Position numbers and translations under genes: made by a program | Notes under the pieces: generated by a model | What the model saw: only the letters and a program-made list of their open reading frames with translations | Told to the model about the DNA's origin: nothing | Databases searched by the model: none | Shown: positions 1-7,062 of the stretch, piece by piece | How the letters are laid out: each line of letters opens with the position of its first letter | Position numbering within the stretch: position 1 is the first letter of the stretch | From: Myxococcota bacterium | GTDB lineage: Bacteria; Myxococcota_A; Polyangia; Polyangiales; Sandaracinaceae | NCBI GenBank assembly: GCA_036149055.1 | Contig: JAYZQJ010000043.1 | Span: forward strand, 1 to 13,865 | Reading direction: 5' to 3' | DNA length: 13,865 nucleotides

Positions 1-563
1 CACCCCCTCCCACGCGCTGGACGCGCGGAAGGGCGGACGCTAGGAACAAATGGGGAGTGGGGTGTGGGGTGGGGGGGTGGATGTGGCGCCGACGTCGACA
101 CGGCCCCTGCCGGCAGCGGGATGAACACTCGCCACCGGTCACCCCGCCGCGCACGAACGACCTGCCCCCGCGCCCGTAGCCGCTCCCACTCGCACTCGCA
201 GGAAGCGAGGAAGGTCGGAAGCGAGGAAGAAAAGGGGAGATGGGAGATGGGAGGCGAGGAGGAAGTGTCGACGACGTCGACACGGCCCCTGCCGGCGGCG
301 GGATGGACACTCGCCACCGGTCACCCCGTGGTGCACGAACGCCCTGCCCCCGCGCCCGCGCCCGTGCCCGCTCCCACTCCCACTCGCAGGAAGCGAGGAA
401 GGTCGGAAGCGAGGAAGAAAAGGGGAGATGGGAGATGGGAGGCGGGGAGGAAGTGTCGACGACGTCGACACGGCCCCTGCCGGCGGCGGGATGGACACTC
501 GCCACCGGTCACCCTGTCGCGCACGAACGACCTGCCCCCGCGCCCGTGCCCTCGCCCGTGCCC
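1..563. repeat. Tandem repeat family A, 182/188-bp period: partial copy 1-90, full copies 91-272 and 273-460, partial copy 461-~563; runs off the left edge
   Basis: GACGTCGACACGGCCCCTGCCGG recurs at 91, 273 and 461. Each unit has a GTGTCGAC-gac-GTCGACAC palindrome at the junction (265-283, 453-471), an imperfect 11-bp hairpin (110-138, 292-320, 480-508), a C-rich hexamer tract and a purine-rich GGAAGCGAGGAAG x2 / GGGAGAT x2 block. Bases 1-90 align without gaps to 371-460. Confidence 0.95.
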
Positions 564-625
564 GGAGAGGCGGTCACCCACCATCCTCCCGAGCGCAGCC
601 GCGAGAGCCACGGCGACCGCATCGC

Positions 626-1172
626 CGGCGGCCAGTCCCCATCCCGCCGCCCCCATCCTCTTTGCGTCTTTGCGTCTTTGCGTGACTAATTCAGAAGCCC
701 ACGCAGCCTCTCAACTTCGGACGGTCCTCAGTCGCCACCCCAGTAGCGACCAAGCCCCCGGCGGCCAGCCGCCACCCCGCCGCCCCTCTGCGCCTCTGCG
801 TCTCTGCGAGAATAATTGCGCCCCCGAAGCCCACACCGGGAAGAGCGGGAAGAGCGAGCAGCGCGGGACCAGCCGGCCAGCCCCCATCCCGCAGCCCCGA
901 TCCCCCTTGGCGGCTTTGCGCCTTTGCGAGAGTAAAAAGAAGCCCCCGAAGCCCACACCGCGAAGAGCGAGCAGCGCGGGACCAGCCGGCCAGCCTCCAT
1001 CCCGCCGCCCCGATCCCCCTTGGCGGCTTTGCGCCCTTGCGCGAGTAAATAGAAGCCCCCGAAGCCCACACCGCGAAGAGCGAGCAGCGCGGGACCAGCC
1101 GGCCAGCCTCCATCCCGCAGCCCGGGTCCCCCTTGGCGGCTTTGCGCCTCTGCGAGAGCAAATCGAAGCCCC
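626..1172. repeat. Tandem repeat family B, five units; the last three are near-identical ~113-bp copies
   Basis: The core CGGCCAG..CA(T/C)CCCGC(C/A)GCCC..(CTTTGCG-like octamer x3)..GAAGCCC starts at 629, 762, 874, 987 and 1100 (spacings 133, 112, 113, 113). There is a 9-bp duplication GGGAAGAGC at 838-855. Confidence 0.93.
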
Positions 1173-1186
1173 GCAGAGACGAAGGG

Positions 1187-3988
1187 TCAGACGCGGCGGC
1201 GGGCGTTCTCGAGCTCCTCGGTGAGGCGCGCGACGCGCTCCTCCATCTCGAGGAGGCGGGCTTCGAGCTCGGTGCGGTCGGTCTGGCCGGCGCCGTTGCC
1301 GTTCGCCATGCGCTCGAGGGCGCGGATGCGGTCGTCGCGCTCCTGGAGCTGCGCGGTGAGCGAGCGGAGGAGGACCTCGCGGTCGGCCGCCTCGGCGTCG
1401 AGCTGGGACATGCGGTCGCGGAGGCGGCGCGCCTCGGCCTGGCCGCCGACCGGGAGCTCGTCGTCGTCCTCGGGGAGCGTGCGCATCACCCGGTCGAGGA
1501 TCTCGCGGGCCTCCTCGAGGGCGGTCATCGCGTCGCGGCGATCGGACTCGCTGCGCTCGAGCCGCTCGGTCAGGGCCTCGAGCTCGCGCGTCGTCTCCTC
1601 GACCCGCACCTCCGCGACCGCCCGGGCGTCGTCGTCGGCCTCGCCGTGGGCGTCCCGCTGCTCGGCGAGCTGGGCGCGGAGCGTCTCCGCCTCGCGCTCC
1701 AGGCGTCGGCGCGCGTCGGCGCCGTGGCTCAGCTGGCTCTGGAGCCGGGCGATGATTCCGTCGCGGGCCGCGAGCGCCACGCGCGCGTCCGGGAGCTGGG
1801 CCTCGGGCGCAGGGGCCTCGGGGGCAGGGTGCGCGGGCGCAGGAGCCTCGGCGAGCTGGCGCGCCAGCGCGTCGGCCCGGCCTCGGAGGGCGTCGACCTC
1901 CCGGCGCGCCTCGGCGAGGGCCTCCTCGAGCTCCGCGCGCGACTCCGCCGCTTCCCCGGCGTCCTCCAGCGCGAGCGGATCGGGGACATCGCGGCCGATC
2001 ACGATCACGCGGCTCGACGCCGGCGGCTCCGTGTCCGGCACCTCGACGGCGCGGTCGGTGGCCCGACGATCGCCGCGGCGGCGGTCGCCGACCTCGGGGA
2101 GCTTGGCGCGCAGCGCCTCGACCGCCGCCTCGCGGTCGGCCAGCCGGAGCCGGAGCCCCGCCGCCTCGCCGCGCAAGGCCGCGCGCTCGCGCTCCGCCTG
2201 CTCGAGCCGGGAGCCCAGCTCGCCGGTCTTCACCACCGCGCGCTCCGCGCTGCCCCCGAGCGCGCTCAGCTCGAGCACCAGCTCGGCGACCCGCGCCTCG
2301 TAGCCGCGGCGCATGCCCTCGACGCGCTCCTCGAGCTCGCCCAGCGCCTCGCGGACGAGCTGCGCCTCGAGGCCCGCCTGCCGCTGACGGAGGGCCAGCT
2401 CGGCGTGCTTCTCGCGGCACGCCAGCAGCGCGCCCATCAGCTGCCCCTCGCGGGCCGCGCTCTCGCGCTCCACCCGCTCGAGCCGCAGCAGCTCCTCGGG
2501 GGCGACGCCTCCGCCGCCCGCGCTCTCGCGGACGCGGCTGCGCGCGATCTCGAGCTCCAGCTGCTCGCGGAGCTCGGCCATCTGACGCTCGCGCTCGCTC
2601 ACGCGGCGCTGGGCGACGGCGCGGTCCTCCTCGCAGAGCGCGAGCCGCGCCTGGGTGAGCTGGTAGAGCTCGGTGAGCTCGGCGAGCCGGGCGTTCAGGC
2701 CCCGCACCGTGCCGCGCAGCGCGGCCTCCACGCGGCCCCGCTCTTCGGCCTCCTGCGCCGCGCGGTTCTCGGCCACCGCGAGCTCGCCCCGGATCGCGTC
2801 GAGCCGGCCCTGCAGCTCGGCCCGCTCGGCGTCGGCCGCGACCGCCCGCTCCACCGCGTCGGCCACCTGCCCGTGCAGGGCGGCGTGCATCGCGTCGGGG
2901 TGGATCTCCATCGTGGACCGGACGCCCATGCCGCCGAGGGGCGGCTCGCTGGGGCGACCGCCCGGCGGGATCGAGCCCACGCCGAGCCGGCGCAGGGTCC
3001 GCATCTCCTCCACCAGATCGCGCACGAGCACGCCGCGGCGCTCGATCTCCGCGCGCGCCTGGGTCAGCTCCTGCCCCCGCTCGTGGAGCGCGGTCTCGAG
3101 CCGCACGAACTCGTCCGAGCCGACGTCGGCCCCGGCCTCGTCGAGCTGACGGGAGAGCGACTTCGCCTTGGCCCGCAGCGACTCGACCTCGTCGCGCGCG
3201 TCCTGCGCCCGGGCCTCGGCCCGCTCGAGATCGACCTTGCCGGCCGCGATCGTCTCGCGCGCCTCCTCGAGCTCGCGCTCGAGCTCCTCGGCGTGGAGGT
3301 TGGCCGCGTCGAGCGCCTCCTGGAGCTCCGGGCTCGGGGCCGCCTCGCCGGCCGAGACCTCCGGGAGCGACGGCGTCTGGATCACCGCGTAGGCGTCGAC
3401 GACGACGTCCTCGTCGCCGCAGAGCGCGATGTAGCGCTGCGCGCGCTCGCCGGCGCCGTCGAGGAGCGAGCCGTCGAAGGTCACCTCGAGCTCGCCGCCC
3501 GGCGGATCGAAGTCGACCACGCTGAAGCCGCGGAACGGCGCCTGGCCGATCATGCGGACCGCGTCGAAGGTCCCCTCGAGCAGATCGAAAAGCTCCTCGT
3601 AGCCGAGGGCGTCGTCGTGCGCGGCCGGGCCGTCGGGGTCGGGCGTGCCGGCGACGAGCACGCCGTCCTCGGCGAGCCACCCGGCGATCGTCTCGACCTC
3701 TCGGGTCAGCCCGACGCCCGGGAGATCCGGCACGACCACGAGGTCCCAGCGGCCCTCGTCCTCCCGGCCGGGCCAGGGGCGCGTGCGCACCCGGCCCCCG
3801 CGTCTCGTGCCCCGGGCGTGGCCGCGCGGGGCGACCACCTCCAGGTGTGAAGCCGCCTTGGACAGCCGCTCGGCGGCGGGGCTCTCGGGATCGCCCACGT
3901 AGAGGACACGCCGGCGCGCGGCCAGCTCCTCGAGGTAGACGGCGAGCGCGAGCTCGGCGAAGTCGCCTTCGGATGCGTTCGTGGTCAT
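1187..3988 (-). CDS. Long coiled-coil protein (~933 aa) with an N-terminal degenerate class I SAM-dependent methyltransferase-like domain
   Basis: Trimmed from ORF 1187..4045 to the ATG at 3988, because the upstream TTG coincides with a predicted -35 box. The N-terminus has RRVLYVGDP (motif I-like position), WDLVVVPDL, LAEDGVLVAGTPDP and YEELFDLLEGTFDAVRMIGQ, resembling Methyltransf_11-type folds. Residues ~250-933 are E/R/A/L-rich heptads broken by a few Pro/Gly linkers. TGA stop at 1187-1189. Confidence 0.85.
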   Translation of the reverse strand: MTTNASEGDFAELALAVYLEELAARRRVLYVGDPESPAAERLSKAASHLEVVAPRGHARGTRRGGRVRTRPWPGREDEGRWDLVVVPDLPGVGLTREVETIAGWLAEDGVLVAGTPDPDGPAAHDDALGYEELFDLLEGTFDAVRMIGQAPFRGFSVVDFDPPGGELEVTFDGSLLDGAGERAQRYIALCGDEDVVVDAYAVIQTPSLPEVSAGEAAPSPELQEALDAANLHAEELERELEEARETIAAGKVDLERAEARAQDARDEVESLRAKAKSLSRQLDEAGADVGSDEFVRLETALHERGQELTQARAEIERRGVLVRDLVEEMRTLRRLGVGSIPPGGRPSEPPLGGMGVRSTMEIHPDAMHAALHGQVADAVERAVAADAERAELQGRLDAIRGELAVAENRAAQEAEERGRVEAALRGTVRGLNARLAELTELYQLTQARLALCEEDRAVAQRRVSERERQMAELREQLELEIARSRVRESAGGGGVAPEELLRLERVERESAAREGQLMGALLACREKHAELALRQRQAGLEAQLVREALGELEERVEGMRRGYEARVAELVLELSALGGSAERAVVKTGELGSRLEQAERERAALRGEAAGLRLRLADREAAVEALRAKLPEVGDRRRGDRRATDRAVEVPDTEPPASSRVIVIGRDVPDPLALEDAGEAAESRAELEEALAEARREVDALRGRADALARQLAEAPAPAHPAPEAPAPEAQLPDARVALAARDGIIARLQSQLSHGADARRRLEREAETLRAQLAEQRDAHGEADDDARAVAEVRVEETTRELEALTERLERSESDRRDAMTALEEAREILDRVMRTLPEDDDELPVGGQAEARRLRDRMSQLDAEAADREVLLRSLTAQLQERDDRIRALERMANGNGAGQTDRTELEARLLEMEERVARLTEELENARRRV

Positions 3989-4015
3989 CGATCCGTCACG
4001 GAAGCGCGGGGGCGG

Positions 4016-4045
4016 ACTATATCCACCGCGCGGATCCGAGGTCAA
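4016..4045 (-). promoter_or_regulatory. Putative sigma70-type promoter for the coiled-coil gene
   Basis: The minus strand reads TTGACC (4045-4040), an 18-nt spacer, then TATAGT (4021-4016). The predicted start site is near 4009, about 21 nt before the ATG at 3988. These are near-consensus AT-rich hexamers in very GC-rich DNA. Confidence 0.65.
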
Positions 4046-4071
4046 CGAGACCGGCGCCTCCGGCGGGCTCT

Positions 4072-4080
4072 TGCTATGTT
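4072..4080 (+). promoter_or_regulatory. Putative extended -10 promoter (TGcTATGTT) for the DUF4175-MoxR cluster, likely giving a leaderless mRNA
   Basis: TG at 4072-4073 and TATGTT at 4075-4080, followed 6 nt later by an in-frame GTG at 4087. No Shine-Dalgarno or -35 match is seen. Confidence 0.55.
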
Positions 4081-4086
4081 CGCGGC

Positions 4087-7062
4087 GTGGCTGCCCCCGG
4101 CGCCGAGCCCTCCGATCCGCCCGTGGACGCCTACCTCTCGCGCCTGAGGCGGCGGGCGGCGCTCGTCCACGTGGTGCAGGCCGGCGTGGTCGGTCTGGGC
4201 GTGGCGGGCCTCGTGTTCGCGGTCGGCGCCCTCGCGGTCGGGCCGCTCGGCGACGCGAGCAGCGCGATGTTCGCCTGGGCGGTCGTCGCCCTCGCGCTCG
4301 GCGCGGTCACCGTGGGCGCGTGGCAGGCCTTCGCGCCGCTCCGCGGGCCCGGGGTCGCGCGCCTCCTCGCCGACGCCGACCCCTCGCTGCCCAGCGCGGC
4401 GCGCACCGCGTGGGAGCTGACCCGGGGCCCGATGGACGGCGCCTCCGCCGATCTGGTCCGCGCCCACGAGGCCCGGGTCCGGGCCGTCCTCGCCCAGCAC
4501 CCGCCTCGGCGCATCGTGCGCTGGCGTCGCCTGAAGCACCGCTCGGTGGCCCTCGGGCTGCTGGCGATCGCCGCCGCCGGGCTCCTCCTCGTGACCGAGC
4601 GCGGCCGCGCGGGCGCCTACTCCCTCGTGCACCCCGGCGAGCGGGACGAGCAGGGCGATCGGGTGGTGCTCGCGTTCGCCGACGTCGAAGCCCACATCGT
4701 CTACCCCGGCTACCTCGACCGGCCGTCGGTGACGGTGATCGATCCGACGATCCTCGAGGTCCCGCGCGGCACCTCGATCGAGATCCGGGCGACGCCGCAG
4801 ATCGAGGCGACCGAGGCCGCGCTCCGGATCGGCGGGCGGGCGACGCCGATGGAGCGGGGCGACGGCGGCGGCTGGTTCGGCCGCTTCGTCGCGCGCGAGG
4901 ACGGGCCGGTGGCCCTGCGCCTGCGTCGGCCGGAGGGCGACTGGGTGCGGGACGCGACCGGGCGCGACGTCCGGGTGATCGCGGACGAGGCGCCGCGGGT
5001 GTCGCTGATCGATCCGCCCGACGACCTCGTGCTCGAGGCGCCGGAGGAGCTCGCGGTGACCTGGACGGTGGCCGACGACGTCGGCATCGCGTCGGTCGAT
5101 CTCGTGGTGCGCGATCCGCGCGGAGAGGAGCGACGCCGCCGGGTGGCGAGCTTCGATCCGGGCGACCACCCGCGAGACCAGACGAGCAGCGCGCCCCTCG
5201 ACCTGGCCCTGCTCGGGGCCCGCCCGGGCGACGCGGTGACGGTGTGGGTCGAGGCGCGAGACGGCGACGTGGTGAGCGGGCCGAACGTCGGGCGCTCGGG
5301 CGAGCTGACGATCACGATCGCCAGCGAGTCCTCGCGGCGGGCCGAGCGGCTGGCCGGCCTCGAGGCGCTGGTCGATCGCGCCATCCACCTGCTCGCCGAC
5401 CACCTCGAGCGCCCGGTCCCGGAGGCCGAGGCGGAGGCGAAGGAGCGCTTCGACGCGCTCCGCCCGCCGACCGACGGCTTCATCGCCGGCCTGCGCGAGC
5501 ACGCGGACGCCATCCGCGGCGAAGAGGGCGTGCGCGCCTCCGACGTCTCGCTCTTCACCTCGATGGCGAGCCGGGTTCGGCGCCTCCTCCAGGAGCAGCG
5601 GGTCGCGCACGCGCGGCGCGTGGCCCCGCACGCCGAGCGGGAGGCGATCGACGCCCGGGCGGTGACCGAGCTCGAGGGCGACGTGCTCAGCCTCGACGAT
5701 CTGCTCGGCCGGGCCCGGGTGGAGGACGCGGCCGAGATCGCGCGGGAGCTCGAGCAGATCCGCCGCGAGATCCGCTCGCTGCTGTCGGAGCTCCGGCGCA
5801 CCGACTCGCCCGAGGCGCGGCAGCGGCTCCTGGCGGCGATCGCGCGGGCCCAGATGCGCATGCGCGCCCTGATGCAGCGCATGGCCGAGATGGGCACGAG
5901 CGTGCCGCAGGAGTTCATGAACGCCGGCGGCGAGATGCCGACCACCGAGAGCGCGAACGCCCTCGCCGAGCTCTCCGAGGCGATCCAGCGCGGCGATCTC
6001 GACGGCGCCGAGCGCCTCGTCGACCAGCTCGAGCGTCAGATCGACCAGATCGCGCGGGCGCTCGGGCAGACCGAGGAGAGCTTCGTCGAGTCCCGCTTCG
6101 GCCCGCGCGAGCGCGCGATGGCCAACGCGATGGACTCGCTCGCCGGCCTCGAGACGGAGCAGCAGCAGCTCGCGGGGCGGGGCACCGAGCGTCGCGGGCG
6201 CGCGGCGCAGCGGGCCCTCGAGGCGATCGGCGGTCGGGACAACCGGATCGGGCGGCAGCTCTCGCAGGAGGCCGCCGCGGTGCGCGAGGCGCTCGAGGGC
6301 GTCGACCGGGATCGCCTCGCCGGGTTCGAGCAGGACACCTACGACCGCGCGCGGCAGCGGCTCATCGACACCGAGGACGCGCTCGAGGCGGGCGATCTCG
6401 GCGAGGCGCGGCGCATGAGCGAGGCGGCAGCCCAGGATCTCTCGTCGCTCTCCCGCGATCTCGATCTCTCGGCCCTGATGTTCCCGGGCCACGAGGGCGA
6501 GACCCGCGAGGACGCCCGCGAGGCCCGGAACGCCGACCGCAGCCTGCGCCAGCTCCGGCGCCGGCTCGACGAGGCGCTGCCCGACGTGGCCTCGCACCTC
6601 GACGGCAGCGACCGCGAGCAGATGCGGCAGGACCTCGAGCGGCAGCGCATGGCCCGCGAGGCGGCGGAGCGGCTCGGCGGCGAGTTCGACCGCGGGCCGG
6701 AGGGCGTGCCGCTCAGCGAGGACGCCACCCGCGAGCTCCAGGAGATCGCCGAGGCGATGCAGCGGGCGAACCGGGCGCTCGAGGGCGGCGACCCGCTCGA
6801 CTCCGCGCGCCACCAGGAGGACGCGGCGCGGCGGCTGACCGAGCTGCGCGAGCGCCTCGAGAACGAGCAGCAGAGCGGCGGCCAGGGCGGCGAAGGCGGC
6901 AGCAGCGAGCCCGACTTCCGGCGCCCGGTGGAGATCCCCGACGCCGACCAGTTCGAGGGGCCCATGGAGATGCGGAGGCGCCTGCTCGACGCGATGCGCG
7001 AGGCGCCGCCCGAGGGCTACGAGGACGCAGTGCGCCGCTACTACGAGGGGCTGCTCCGATGA
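4087..7062 (+). CDS. DUF4175-like (TIGR02302-like) membrane-anchored protein with Ig-like region and long coiled coil (~991 aa)
   Basis: Trimmed from ORF 3847..7062 to the GTG at 4087 (alternative GTG at 4123). Three N-terminal hydrophobic helices are followed by a beta-rich region (YPGYLDRP, DEAPRVSL, DDVGIASVDL, VEARDGDVVSGPNVGRS), a Q/E/R-rich coiled coil, and the C-terminal PPEGYEDAVRRYYEGL motif typical of this family next to MoxR/DUF58 genes. Confidence 0.8.
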   Translation: MAAPGAEPSDPPVDAYLSRLRRRAALVHVVQAGVVGLGVAGLVFAVGALAVGPLGDASSAMFAWAVVALALGAVTVGAWQAFAPLRGPGVARLLADADPSLPSAARTAWELTRGPMDGASADLVRAHEARVRAVLAQHPPRRIVRWRRLKHRSVALGLLAIAAAGLLLVTERGRAGAYSLVHPGERDEQGDRVVLAFADVEAHIVYPGYLDRPSVTVIDPTILEVPRGTSIEIRATPQIEATEAALRIGGRATPMERGDGGGWFGRFVAREDGPVALRLRRPEGDWVRDATGRDVRVIADEAPRVSLIDPPDDLVLEAPEELAVTWTVADDVGIASVDLVVRDPRGEERRRRVASFDPGDHPRDQTSSAPLDLALLGARPGDAVTVWVEARDGDVVSGPNVGRSGELTITIASESSRRAERLAGLEALVDRAIHLLADHLERPVPEAEAEAKERFDALRPPTDGFIAGLREHADAIRGEEGVRASDVSLFTSMASRVRRLLQEQRVAHARRVAPHAEREAIDARAVTELEGDVLSLDDLLGRARVEDAAEIARELEQIRREIRSLLSELRRTDSPEARQRLLAAIARAQMRMRALMQRMAEMGTSVPQEFMNAGGEMPTTESANALAELSEAIQRGDLDGAERLVDQLERQIDQIARALGQTEESFVESRFGPRERAMANAMDSLAGLETEQQQLAGRGTERRGRAAQRALEAIGGRDNRIGRQLSQEAAAVREALEGVDRDRLAGFEQDTYDRARQRLIDTEDALEAGDLGEARRMSEAAAQDLSSLSRDLDLSALMFPGHEGETREDAREARNADRSLRQLRRRLDEALPDVASHLDGSDREQMRQDLERQRMAREAAERLGGEFDRGPEGVPLSEDATRELQEIAEAMQRANRALEGGDPLDSARHQEDAARRLTELRERLENEQQSGGQGGEGGSSEPDFRRPVEIPDADQFEGPMEMRRRLLDAMREAPPEGYEDAVRRYYEGLLR

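Noticed and set aside
52..77. Four-tetrad G-quadruplex GGGGagtGGGGtgtGGGGtGGGGGGG
   Set aside because: Most of these G-runs arise from the suspicious T>G and C>G differences in the degraded edge copy. Intact copies read GGGGAGATGGGAGATGGGAGGCG, so the perfect motif is probably artefactual.
1..460. Diversity-generating retroelement VR/TR pair (1-90 vs 371-460)
   Set aside because: Only 13 of 22 mismatches are at A and none is A>G. The region is non-coding and no reverse transcriptase is present. A sequencing artefact is more parsimonious.
1..1172. CRISPR array
   Set aside because: The repeated cores are ~70-185 bp, most inter-core sequences are identical rather than unique, and no cas genes are in the window.
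1148..1178. Intrinsic terminator after the coiled-coil gene (CTCTGCG...CGCAGAG stem)
   Set aside because: It is a 7-bp stem with a 17-nt loop and no U-tract on the minus strand. It may be a stabilising hairpin but cannot be supported as a terminator.
64..1224. ORF 64..1224 and the other short ORFs over the repeat region
   Set aside because: Repeat periods (182, 188, 113) are not multiples of 3, so the same DNA is read in different frames. The products are low-complexity R/P/G/A-rich with no recognisable domain.
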